Of a stretch of 64,000 nucleotides of DNA, positions 35,964-48,215 are shown in pieces. The notes below the pieces were generated by a model. The model was not told the DNA's origin, did no database searches, and saw only the letters and a list, made by a program, of their open reading frames with translations. Origin of the DNA: Neodothiora populina (Eukaryota); assembly GCF_041146345.1 (NCBI RefSeq), contig NW_027191413.1, positions 1,798,001 to 1,862,000 of the forward strand, written 5' to 3'. How positions within the stretch are numbered: position 1 is the stretch's first letter; every line of letters begins with the position of its first letter. A program made the translations under genes and the position numbers.

Positions 35964-38092
35964 TCAGCCACGAACCCCATCCCCGCCCTCCTCGTCCTCA
36001 TCATCATCAAAAGGCACATCCCCGCTCCCCAACTCCACACAAGTAAAATACATCAGTCCTGCCCCCTCAGCTCTGGCCTGCAACTCGTTCCTGAGCACCC
36101 CTCGCGCGATCCTCGCAGCCCTAGTCTTCAGATCCGCAAGCACATACAGCGCATGATCGGCAATAGCAGGAGAAAGACAAGTCCTGATCGACTCGACGGT
36201 AGCGTGGCTGGGGAGGTAAGATTCGCCGCCTGCAGCGAGGACGCGGAACAGGGGGGTCAGGCGGTGGGGGTCGTAATGCATGCCTCTCTGGTCGTTCGTA
36301 GTAGGGGGGAGATGAGGCGGGGAGTAATAGGGAAGCACGCAGTTGCTGCACGACGCGCGCCACCACTCGTGCCAGATGCTGTTTATGAGCCAGAGGTGCT
36401 GGTCGTGGATATGCGTCACTCGCTCGAGCCCGCCCGGGTAGTCGTGCGAAGGCGTGTACATGGTCAGTGCGTTGAGCGCCTGGATCGCTCGGTAGATCTT
36501 CAGCGTCAATTGGTCTGCTTTGCGCTCGAGCATGCAGAGGACTGCGTCTGGGATTGAGGATTTAGGAACGGTCCATGAGGGGAGCCAGGAGAGGTTGCGT
36601 CCGATGATGTGGATCGCGGCTTCTTTGTAGATCTCGACGTCTTGTAGTGATAGTGACATGTTGAGCCATAGAGGCGGATCGTCTTTTATCGCTGCCCAGC
36701 GTCGCTGGCCGAGTTTCTTGTACAGGAATCCAGACATATGGCGTCGTAGTGCGGGAAGCGCCTCAAGACGTGCGGCGAGAGTCACGGCGTTGGCCAGAAG
36801 AGTGGATTTGACGCGCGAGGAGTCTTCGTCGATGAATCTCACGAGACCTGGTGGGATGAGCTCGAGGATCTGGAAGAGACCTTTGTATGCCTCTCTTGCG
36901 TTGTGTAAAAGAGTCGAGGAATCGCGGCGCTGAGATGTGTTTGCTGGCATAGCAGCATCTGTGTCGTCGTCTTCGGTCTTGATTGCGTGCGGTGGTGCAT
37001 AATCTCGGAGTCTATCGATGCCGCAATGTATGCGCACCTGAACCAGTTCCAGGAGATTGTTCTTCTCCACGTCTCCCAGCAGTGCGAAACCATGTTTCAC
37101 GCGTTTGTACTCGATCTCGGTTCCGTGGCGGAGACCACTATCGCAGGGCAATGGGTTTGCGCACTTTGTGGCAAACCACCCTGAAGTCCTGACTAGAGCG
37201 GCCTTGTTCATCAGAAGAGGTGGTTCTTCTGGAGTTAGAACAACAGCGACGAGATCGCCTGGCTCTCCGGACCCTAGGAGGCGCATCAGTGAAGTTGTGT
37301 GAGAAAGCTCGTTGATCAGACCACTCACCATCTGAGTGCTTCAGTGCTCTGATGAGAATGGAGTGGTGCTCTGGATCAGTGCTCTTGGCTACACCCGAAG
37401 TCTGCTCAGAGACATACGCTGCTTGTGGCGGTCCCGGGGAGTCGACGATCATCATTCGTGCATTCGCTTGTGCGTGTTGACTTGACAGCGTGGGGGAGCC
37501 AGAGAGGGTGCCGGTGCTGGAGTTAACATCCAGTGACTGTGACTGACTCGAGCGATGGAGCTGTCTCTTGGGATGGGCTGTGTCTGTAGTGATCTTATGC
37601 TCCGAGGGAAGGGAGTCTGCTGCATAGATATCGTGCTCTTCTGATGCATTGGGTCAGTGAACGACTTTTAGTACATGTGAAAACTGGAACGCACCGCTAG
37701 GCTCATCCTTCAACAACTCAAATTTGAGTCTCTTGGTCTCAACTTCGCCGCGACCATCGTCGATAGCGGCGTTGTTGCTGTCGTCAACATCACCGTCGTC
37801 ATCATCACCATCATCATCATCGTCGCTTTCGATAGTCAACACATTCAGCTTACGCTTATTGAGCGTACGAAGCAACCTGCGTGGGCCCTCTTGCGGTGGT
37901 TCTTCTGCTTTTGCGTCTATCAGTAATTCTGCAAATTCGGTGGCGAAGACGCTGTAGAGGACCACAGCTTGCGTTATGATTCCAATGACATGGGTAAGAA
38001 CTTGTGAACATACTTGGATGACGACCGCCATACAGCCGCTCAGCGATCCCGCCCTTCGCTGGCTGTCTCTCGGTCTGTTTGTAACGCGCCAT
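35964..38092 (-). CDS. Hypothetical protein of about 650 aa: H3-tail-like N-terminus, acidic tract, BTB-like/helical C-terminal domain (predicted exons 38092-38014, 37967 or 37928-37695, 37640-37329, 37273-35964)
   Basis: Introns 37694-37641 and 37328-37274 have GT donors, CTGAC/CTGAT branch sites and YAG acceptors, and join three ORF pieces in frame. The join to exon 1 is less certain. Confidence 0.7.
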
Positions 38093-38779
38093 AATGGCTC
38101 GTGAAGCGACAGAAGTGGCAGCACTGTTGCACGATGAGTCCAGAAACTGGTTGATGTTTAGCTCTGGCAAGCTACGCGTAGAAGACAGTAGATAGGCAAA
38201 CGATGCTGGTATTTTGGAGTTGTTGATGAAGCGGTGGTATACAACTCGTGGTTCGTGACGCGTAGGTCGGGTGTGAAGATCAAGGGTGGGTCCTCCTGTG
38301 TCAGTTGTGCTGGGTAAAGTAGCAAGGTGCTGCGGATGGAAGTCAATAGAGGAGGTTGGGAAGGACAGCAAGAGCGACAATGCATAGGTGTGAAAGCGAA
38401 GCCTTAATGTCGGTCGCTTGTCACAGACGCCACTCGGCTATGCTACTTCGGAGTGAGACGAAGATAATTGAGTGATTGATGGATGTCAGTGAAGTGGCCA
38501 TCAAGAAACGCAGAGTGAATGTAAGGATTGTGTTGTTACAAACGTCCCAAACAGGTCAGGGTTCACTTGTACTGAAGGCGATAGAAAAGACACAAGAGGG
38601 TCTCAGCCTCAACTCAAACTCGTATCAGAAGAGGTCGAGTGGTACAGCATGATCAAAACGAAGAATAAAGGGTTGCAAGTGATTGATGAGTGAGTGCTCA
38701 CTGATTCATGACCCGACCGCTCCGATGTGATCAGGCCAAGCGGGTATCTCGAATACAAAACGCCGTGCTATGCCGCCCC

Positions 38780-38805
38780 TACCTACCTACCTACCTACCT
38801 ACCTA
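38780..38805. repeat. (TACC)n tetranucleotide microsatellite
   Basis: acctacctacctacctacctaccta, in the 3' flank of the AP-2 mu gene. Confidence 0.9.
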
Positions 38806-38856
38806 ACAAACGAAACCCGATAATATATGTACATGTGTAAATAGTGTCGACATCAA

Positions 38857-40342
38857 TCAGAAACTAGCGACAAGAGTTAGCAAAAACAGCGAGCAAAAGG
38901 ATTTTGTGGACTTGTCTCGACTTACCGTATCTCATAGCTTCCGGCTCTAGTCATATATCGAACCCACTTCACACTGGAGTACTGACTCTTCTCAAACACC
39001 TTGAGGTATCTCACGAGCAGACCAGAAGACGTGAACATGAGCAAGGAGAAATTGAGACTAAGGGGAGGTCGGCTCCAGGCCTTTTGGTTCGTCATGGAAG
39101 TCAAGGTGGCCTCGGCGCTCAAGACGTACTCGCTGCCGCCGGTGAACCTCGCAATCTTCCAGACAATGTTGTTTTGCTCGGGCTCGTATTTGGCCTTGCC
39201 CTGAGACGTACGCTCGGTGATCTTTGCGGTGTTGAGAGGAGTAGGGATACGGACAACAACGTTCGTGGCGAAAAGCTTGCTGCCGTAGTTTGCCTTGATG
39301 GCGATGCTGTACTCGACCTTTGTCTTTCCGACCTCGTTGACGATGGCGTGGACCTTGAACGGCAGGTTGATGTTTTCGGTGGCGCGGTATCGCATGAGCT
39401 CAAAGGATCCGTCCGGCGGGATGAAGCTGATAGTCCTGTCTGTGTCGAACTTGCCGAGCTTCACACATTGATGGAATTGGCAGTCTTCCAGAGTGACACT
39501 ACCGGCTGCTGCTTTGGTGGCCTTGGTGCCCTTCATGTTGCCAGATGGACTGCCGAGACTATCCTCTCCCAGCGTCAAGCGATCGTTGAGGCCGAACTTG
39601 CACTCGGGCATGCCGCTGAGGTAGGCACGCATTTCAATCTGGCCGTTGACGTCGGCACGAAGGACAGTTCCGGTCGCAGACATGAGCAGGTTGACATCTT
39701 CGATGACATCGACAAAGGCCTCGTTCTTGCGATACTTGATGTTGTCTCGTCGCCAGGACATGGCTCCGGTGGCCTGCATTGTGATCTTGGACGAGTCCTC
39801 CTGCGCCCGTGATTAGCAGGTGATCTGGATGGTCCAGCAGGGTGTATCGTACGATGACGTTTCGCTCCGACTTGACACCCTCGGTAGTGATGTACATCTT
39901 CAACGTGTCGGTTTCCGTGTTTTGAGGGTAGCCAAAGTCCAGGATTTCTAGATTCGAAAGGTGAGCAAAGTGGCTTGGCCACAGGACTGACTAGAAATAA
40001 CACACCATCAAGCAGCTCATAAATCAGAACAAAGTTATTCTTGACGGCCTCCTCGTCGAACTTCCCGAAATAGCTCTTCCCCAAAGCGGTCATCCTGTAC
40101 AAGAACTCAAAGACCAGTGCTGCATTGGCATTGCCCTTTGTGACAGCCACAATGAAGATGTTCTCATGCTTGACATGGCTGAAAGTGGTGGATCCGAGAG
40201 TCAGGATCGGCGAGCGGACAAGGGGGTTCGAGATGACTTGAATGCGGAAGACGTCTGCCAGTCGCGGACGACAGTCATTTCGAAAGGCACGGAAGATGAG
40301 GTTCTCGCCTTTTTGATTGAAGATGAGGATTCCCGAGATCAT
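38857..40342 (-). CDS. APM4: AP-2 adaptor complex mu subunit (4 exons)
   Basis: MISGILIFNQKGE, SWRR..IKYRKNEAFVDVIE, LSGMPECKFGLND, FHQCVKL, SFIPPDG.FELMRYR, and KWVRY...AGSYEIR|F. Confidence 0.96.
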
Positions 40343-40530
40343 GTTCGCGATTCGGAGGGTTGGGACTGTCGACACAAGATTGGCAGACGTCTGGTTGTAT
40401 AATCGCTGTACAACACAGGTCCCGCTGGCCCCCGTCCGCAGGCCGCGACGGACACCCTCGGGGAGGCGGGGCGGAGAGGGACGGTGGACCCGAACTGTCT
40501 TGGCGTGTACCAGCTCCCGGCGGCGCTGGC

Positions 40531-40566
40531 GCTGACGCTGACGCTGACGCTGACGCTGACGCTGAT
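40531..40566. repeat. (GCTGAC)5-6 hexanucleotide repeat in the divergent promoter region
   Basis: Read directly from the sequence. Confidence 0.9.
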
Positions 40567-40865
40567 GCAGCGAGAGAGAGCGACAGAGAGGACCTTATCG
40601 TGCACCAGCTTTTGTATCTTGCGCGGTCTATAACAACACGGCCATTGCTTCTGCCACACTGAACGAGGTGCCAACGCTCTTCGACGCAGTCCCGACAAGC
40701 TCAACGTATACACACAACTCTGATCATCGTCCCTCTTCCGGCCAAAGACATCCGGTTGCCATCCCATCGTCTTCGACGCCTTACTATCTACCAACCTCTC
40801 TAGCATCGACGAGCGAGTCCACCTACACAGCTGCATTCCAACCGCCACAAACCGCACTCTTCAAG

Positions 40866-41346
40866 ATGAAGCCCGTAGTATCCGCCTTCAACGCGTGGAC
40901 ATGGTCAGTCCTCCTTCCCTCACCTATTCATCGCCTCCCCAACATGGTCAACCTGCAATGCAGCCGAGAAACCAAAAAGAAGAAACACAAACACATGAAA
41001 AGAACGTGCCACTGACCTGTGATCTACACGAAAACAGCATCGTCATCTCCGTCTTTGCAATCGTCATTCTATCCGTCCTGGGCACGCTATTCGCAAAGAA
41101 CAACCACACGGTCATGGGTTCGGACGAGGATCCAGAGGACGGTAGCGCTGTTGCCGCCGCTGTCTTTGGTGCCGTGGGGATCTATGGCGTGAGTACTTCC
41201 CAGAAACAGAAGACAGAGAAGCAGTTCTCTGGTTGGGCGCAATTGCTAATGGTTTTGTTTCGACATAGATCTTCTTGCTCTTCTGCGGTAGTCAGGCCTT
41301 CTTACACCAAAGAGAGCGGAGACGGGGAGCTATTGCGCTGTCATAG
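40866..41346 (+). CDS. V-ATPase V0 subunit f / RNase kappa-like small two-TM protein (3 exons)
   Basis: Spliced product is MKPVVSAFNAWT|CIVISVFAIVILSVLGTLF...DPEDG.AVAAAVFGAVGIYG|IFLLFCGSQAFLHQRERRRGAIALS. It resembles yeast Ypr170w-b. Confidence 0.85.
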
Positions 41347-41845
41347 CTGCTGTAGTTCTGCAAGAACGCGAGGAAACGAGTCATATCCAGGTACAGGTGT
41401 CACGGAGAAGGCAGCGAGAAATAGAGAAAGAAGAGGACGAGTGGAGATTAGGTGCATCTGGCACCTTGCGATACCGCCGCCATCACCAGCAACATCATGG
41501 TCACTACAACGACACTTTTTACGAACTGTACATTGTACAACTGGCGTTTGATCCACGAGAGTAGCCGTATGGACTATAGAGATTTAACGTTGGCGTTATA
41601 ATTGGCTTTTTGTTTTTTGGTCTAATCCTTGCTCTGTTTCCCCAAGATTAATAAAGCCCCAACGCGTCCTATCAGCGCGTTCGACCTGTGTATATCCCTG
41701 TTTTTCCGATTCGCCCCCGCTGATGGTGACGGCCGATCAGATGATATGCTAAACGCCATTAGCCAGGCGATTTGTCCCAGAAGAACGCCGAGTCATGCTT
41801 TCCTAAAACGCCACCCGATGGTTTGCATTTTCCCTCCCGTTCGTA

Positions 41846-43621
41846 TCAGTCTATGCTTTCTCGGTAAGAGGAAACGTCGTCGTCGCTCTCGTCATCAGCC
41901 TCGTGGGTCTTGTTGAGCCACTTGCTCATGTAGGGTCCGTCGAGCCAGTAGCCAAGCTTTGCGTAGTAACGCCTGACACCCACGCCCGAGATGACACTGA
42001 TCTTCTCGCTGCCGTGCTCGTCCCTGGCGATTCTCTCCGCTTCCTCCATCAACAGCGTGCCGTATCCTTGATGTTGGAATTTCCTCGGATCTCTTCCGTG
42101 CACGGGCACCGCTGAGCCGTAGACGTGTAGCTCTCTGACCAACGATGTCTGCTGACCTGTGAGTTCGGGCCTGAAGGTGTGCGTCTTGCTACACTTGCGC
42201 AGACGAAGCAGACCGATCAGGATGTCTTGCTTGGGATCTTCGTATGCCAGGAACGTCTCCCAGCCGGCGTTGGCCGTGTAGTCTCTCCGCACCAGTTCGA
42301 CTTGACTGGGTCGGATCTTGTTCTTGACTTCGTTGATGCCCACCTCTCTCGTTCGGACATCGCGACAGGTGGTGCCGAAGTCTTTCATTCTTGATAGAGC
42401 CAGCTCACGCAGGTTGCCGTTTTCGACTCCTGATGTGACTAGAGGCATGGGAATGTCACGCTGGACTCGGTAGATTCGGGTCCATGGGGGCACCAAAGCC
42501 AGGATGCGCGCGACAAGATCGATCAAGGCGTTAGGGGTGTAGTTCTTGTATCTGCCCGTCCTCCACAACTCGTAAAGACCGGTACCGCGAATGACGAGGG
42601 TCGGGTAGATCTTGAGGCCGTCCGTTCTGAAGTCGGGGTTCTCAAAGTACTCTCTGAATTGGTCGAGGTCTCTCTCCATGCCGACGTTGGGCAAGTCGGG
42701 CATCATGTGAGAAACGACCTTGAACCCAGCATCCTTGGAAAGCTTAAAGGTCTCGGCGACCGAAGCCACGGTATGTCCACGATTGGTGTCTCTGGCCACG
42801 TCCTCGTACAGCGACTGAACGCCGACCTCGAGTCGAGTGCATCCATAACGAAGCATGTCAGTAAGATGAGTCTCCAAGCAGTAATCCGGACGCGTTTCGA
42901 TGGTGATACCAACACATTTGGTGTTGCTCATCTCGCCAGCCATGACGGCTTCGTCGACATGACTCGTCTGGTATCCACTCAGGGCGTTGTGAAGCTGACT
43001 GATAAAGTCCTCGCGGTAGCTCGGGGGCAGAGACATGAACGTGCCACCCATGATGATGTATTCGACTTTGTCCACGCTGTGACCGAGAGACTTGATCTGG
43101 TCCACTCTTCCTCGGGCTTGCTCAAAGGGGTCGTAGCGAGCACGGATTGCACGCATCGACGTAGGCTCATATCCGGTATATGATTGGGTCGAGTATTCGA
43201 AATCAGAGTCGGGACCTCCAGGACAGTAGACACAGATGTTTCCGGTGTAGGCAATGTGGGGACAGCGATGCGGCTTGCACATGACAGCGACGACGGCGAT
43301 TCCAGAAGCACTTCGAATAGGCTTCGCGATGAGTCTGGGCAGGATGTATTTTTTGTAGTGTTCTGGCACGGCGGCGATGATTGCAGTCAGCGGCGGGGTA
43401 TTGCTGAGGAAATGCTTCTTTGCGATGTTGTTGCGCAGCGAGTTGAGGTTGAGATCCTTGGTCTGTTTTGGGTTGGCGAGCTGCTGTTCGTAGTCTTCGA
43501 CCAGGGCGCTGGCCACGTCGGCGCATGCGCGCATGTATCGTTCACTCTCCGGAGGCAGTTTGACGTTCTTGGGCAGACGCTGCTTGTGCTGCCGCGACTC
43601 GGTCACGGTCATGGTGGCCAT
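41846..43621 (-). CDS. ELP3: Elongator complex catalytic subunit (radical SAM plus KAT), intronless
   Basis: CKPHRCPH...[27 protein letters not shown], and FQHQGYG. Confidence 0.98.
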   Translation of the reverse strand: MATMTVTESRQHKQRLPKNVKLPPESERYMRACADVASALVEDYEQQLANPKQTKDLNLNSLRNNIAKKHFLSNTPPLTAIIAAVPEHYKKYILPRLIAKPIRSASGIAVVAVMCKPHRCPHIAYTGNICVYCPGGPDSDFEYSTQSYTGYEPTSMRAIRARYDPFEQARGRVDQIKSLGHSVDKVEYIIMGGTFMSLPPSYREDFISQLHNALSGYQTSHVDEAVMAGEMSNTKCVGITIETRPDYCLETHLTDMLRYGCTRLEVGVQSLYEDVARDTNRGHTVASVAETFKLSKDAGFKVVSHMMPDLPNVGMERDLDQFREYFENPDFRTDGLKIYPTLVIRGTGLYELWRTGRYKNYTPNALIDLVARILALVPPWTRIYRVQRDIPMPLVTSGVENGNLRELALSRMKDFGTTCRDVRTREVGINEVKNKIRPSQVELVRRDYTANAGWETFLAYEDPKQDILIGLLRLRKCSKTHTFRPELTGQQTSLVRELHVYGSAVPVHGRDPRKFQHQGYGTLLMEEAERIARDEHGSEKISVISGVGVRRYYAKLGYWLDGPYMSKWLNKTHEADDESDDDVSSYRESID

Positions 43622-44310
43622 GACGGGTAGAGATGGATGCTATACCAGTGACTGTGCGGAACCGACACTTGTTCTTTTCATTCACTGGATTCACTTGGTT
43701 GCATGTACGCGTCTGCTGTGACGCTGGGGATTCCAATTGTGATTGCTGTATATTGAATATGGAAGTTGATCAATCTTGTAAATCTTAAAGGGCGCAGAGA
43801 AATGTGGAGTAAGGATTGTGATAGATGTAAAGTCGGCGATTGGGCGGCCGACGAGACCTTGTCTAGGGATACAAGTAATCACACGTATTTTCACAGCTTG
43901 CACAGGATATAGAAATACAGCTTACTGGACCTTGATGGGCGGACCTGCCACAACGGCTGCAACGAGTTGTTCCATATACAAAGTATGTACGTACGGTAAG
44001 TAAGCAGATGGTCCTTTTCCTGTATGGATCTGTGGATGCTCTTCCGAGGTCAGGGAAGCGAACCGACTCCCGCCAAGACACAAGATAAAAGGGCGGAAGC
44101 GGGAGTCATGGAGAGAGGTTATCGCAGAGTAATGTACATGTAGTAGGCCAGAGCAGAGCGGAGTAGGAGAGTGTTCGGGAAGAGAGCAGCCCAGCAGCGG
44201 CATTCCGATGCCGAAGCTCGAGTCGTGGCTTCGGTTCGTTCAGGGTATGTGGTAGCAGATCCATTCGATTGCGGGTCAATTAGTTGCGGTAGTCTTCTAT
44301 TGCTGCTAAG

Positions 44311-44341
44311 CAGGGCAGGGCAGGGCAGGGCAGGGCAGGGC
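44311..44341 (+). repeat. (CAGGG)6 pentanucleotide repeat with G-quadruplex potential
   Basis: Six GGG tracts separated by CA, about 175 nt upstream of the LSC1 ATG. Confidence 0.9.
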
Positions 44342-44516
44342 ACTTTGTACAGTACAGTGCCTCGTAAAGGTCTAACGCTACAAAAGCAGAAACACAACTG
44401 ATTACCCGCAAAACACAACTGTGTGCAACTACGCTTTTGATACCCCCCTCCCTCTCTCTCTCTCCACCACCACATCTGAAAGCCCTCCCTCTCTTCTAAC
44501 AATCGCCCTCCACAAG

Positions 44517-45642
<1,126 letters not shown>

Positions 45643-46033
45643 ACGCTCTATCTATTCCATCGATAGTGGTTTTCCGTCTCCATATAATTTCCTCCCCCTT
45701 TTTTCTTCATGTGTGGCTGGGGGTTGTGTCAAGCGGGTTCCCCTCCCATTCTTACCGGGCGTGTGCTCTCTCCCCTTGAACATTTGCTGTAGTGGTTTAT
45801 AAGGTTCCATCATGTGTCTATATCAAGTTTCTTGCAAGCATCGCATTGCAACCCCTTTCAGCACGTTCGAGAATGTAGTGTTGTTGTCGTTGCCGAAGCG
45901 CCCTCTCCGGGTTTTCTCTGCCCCTCTAGGTCTTGCCCGTGTGGTTGTATTTGCGACATGCTCCGGCAATATATGTCAAGGATGAGAAGAACAGAAGAAT
46001 CACGCAAGTATGGATCTCTATCATATCTCTATT

Positions 46034-47698
46034 CTAAAGTGCAACCCCGCTGTTCCACCACGTACTGCCCCTATGCCACCTAAAGATGTCTCTCACCCCA
46101 CCCGCGTTCCCGGCACTCAAAGGAAACCACCCATCCTCGTCCGCGCCGAACCCCAGCCCTCGCAGCGGACTGAACGGCAGCGGCTCATAAAGCCACACGC
46201 CTCCTCTGGCGAAATCATCGACCAGCAGCGGCGCAGTGTGATACAGCCAGACATGCACGTAGACGAAATTCGCCATTCGGCTCAACCATTTCGGAGTGCG
46301 GCTCGCGATGCCGAGTTTGTTCAGAAAAGCAGTGAGAGCGAGCTGGGCGCTGATTCCCACGACTTGCAGCACGAAGAACAGAAATGGTCCCTTGAGCGGC
46401 TGCGTGTCTCCTAGCTGTGTGTAGCTGCCGCAGGCGTGCACGCATCCGCTCAGAGCGAAGGCGACGCAGAGCTGGAGGAGTTTGGCCGCGGGGGACTTCC
46501 TATCGTGCCAGCCTAGGAGGGCGAGCAGGCGCGTGCTCGGGGACTCGAAGCCGAAGCGGAAGGTCTGGTGCCACCAGCCGCCCCACCAGCCCGCGAGGCC
46601 TTTGTCGAGGACGGCGGAGAAAGAGCCAAATTGGTCGCTGTAGATCCAGGGTTCGCCCCGGACGCCTATATACCGGGGGCCGAGGATGCCGACGAAGAAG
46701 AGAGGGCCGAGAGAGAAGATCGTTTCGAGAGAGTAGTAGACTGCTGCTAGGCTGATGAGGAGACGGCTCGACTGGTCGATCACGGGGTATGCGTCTAGCC
46801 AGGCGGGGAGATATCTTGGTCTTTGGGTGTACGAGCCCGTCCAGAAGTATGGGTCGTTGACGATGAGGGTCTTGAGCAAGTCGAGGATGAGGTAGTTGCG
46901 GACGAGCAGAAATCCGTTATAGCGCAGTATTTCGCGCCGCGTGTGGTATCTGTGGTTACCGGATCGGCCGACGTGCGTGTCGCCCTCGTACGGCGCTTGT
47001 CCCGTGTTCATGCTGAGGTCGTGCTGGACAGATTCTGGTGGCGGCGGGAGGCCTGCGATGCGGAAGCTCCAGCCCATGCCGCGGAAGGAACCAAATAAGT
47101 CGCAGATCCAGTCGAGTCGTTCGATGAACGGTCCAGCGGGATACGACTGCCATGTCAGGGTGCCTTTTCTGTCTCGTGGGCCCAGGGTAGATCCAGGATC
47201 TGACATCGAGGCTGGAACAGTTTTGCGATTCCTGAATTCGCCGTTCTGGACGCCATCTACCTGTACACCGTTTGCGGAACCGTTCGTTGGGTCTGTGGCA
47301 TCCAGAGCCTGTTTTCCCGATGGAGTTTCCTTTCTCTCTATCCTTTGAAATTCCCTCTGTGCATCATTAGAGACAAGCATCACCGCGCACCAAAGAGTCG
47401 CCCAGCAGTTGATGAGCCCCACTCCAAAAGCTGCAGCCGGGTTTCTCGCTCGACAGTGATATATGGAAGACCCCGAGATGACAGCCATGACACCCCAAAC
47501 CAGAAACCTGCTGCGTTGAAGCCATGGTCGACGTCTATGGTCTATGCATAGATACACTATAACCAACAGTGCCCCAAGCGAGGCGCCAGGATACACGTAT
47601 GGTCGTTTCAAACCCGACGAGATGAGCGTGTCATAACGAGATTCGAGACTGCGGATCACTTCATGGTGTGACTTGGGCTCACTGGAAAACAGCTGCAT
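46034..47698 (-). CDS. MBOAT / wax-synthase-type membrane-bound acyltransferase, intronless
   Basis: Multiple TM helices, RGMGW, GWWGGWWHQTFR, and FALSGCVH with the catalytic His. The first in-frame ATG is at 47698. Confidence 0.85.
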   Translation of the reverse strand: MQLFSSEPKSHHEVIRSLESRYDTLISSGLKRPYVYPGASLGALLVIVYLCIDHRRRPWLQRSRFLVWGVMAVISGSSIYHCRARNPAAAFGVGLINCWATLWCAVMLVSNDAQREFQRIERKETPSGKQALDATDPTNGSANGVQVDGVQNGEFRNRKTVPASMSDPGSTLGPRDRKGTLTWQSYPAGPFIERLDWICDLFGSFRGMGWSFRIAGLPPPPESVQHDLSMNTGQAPYEGDTHVGRSGNHRYHTRREILRYNGFLLVRNYLILDLLKTLIVNDPYFWTGSYTQRPRYLPAWLDAYPVIDQSSRLLISLAAVYYSLETIFSLGPLFFVGILGPRYIGVRGEPWIYSDQFGSFSAVLDKGLAGWWGGWWHQTFRFGFESPSTRLLALLGWHDRKSPAAKLLQLCVAFALSGCVHACGSYTQLGDTQPLKGPFLFFVLQVVGISAQLALTAFLNKLGIASRTPKWLSRMANFVYVHVWLYHTAPLLVDDFARGGVWLYEPLPFSPLRGLGFGADEDGWFPLSAGNAGGVRDIFRWHRGSTWWNSGVAL

Positions 47699-48215
47699 TC
47701 TCCGTCGATGTGTAAGCAGTGGTTGTGGTGATCTCAAGCCAGGCACCAGGTTGATCTACCTTTTCGATGTATCGCTGACTTCGCTGTGAGTTGTGTGCCA
47801 CCAGTTTGTAAACGAAGAAGGTACACTTTGTAACTCATATATCAGTTTCACCTACTGTCTATGACTACATCCTAAGTTGCGCGAGACGGGCGCTTGTGAT
47901 ATTGTTTTATGATTAAGGTAGAGATGCCCTGTCTGATGGCGGCGAATGACGTCGGATATCGAGGCGTGTGTGTGGAGCGACCAAGGTAAATCTTCCAAGT
48001 GCCTTTGGCCGGGGAAATTCATAAGAAACAGCGAAGCGGTCCCATCATTTTCGCAAGCGAAAGCAAAGAGAGAAGAACCTCGATATCGACTAGCTCGGGT
48101 TATACATAATTGCAGAAGGGTTGCGAGCCTGATATCGGACACTGCGATACTCTTCTGAGTAATTTTCATTCCACTTGTTGTATATTCAGCTACGCGATAA
48201 GTAGCAACCGCAATC

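Noticed and set aside
38904..39812. Long antisense ORFs (also 8089-8814, 44589-45638, 23765-24751)
   Set aside because: Shadows of strongly codon-biased genes on the opposite strand, with no recognisable motifs.
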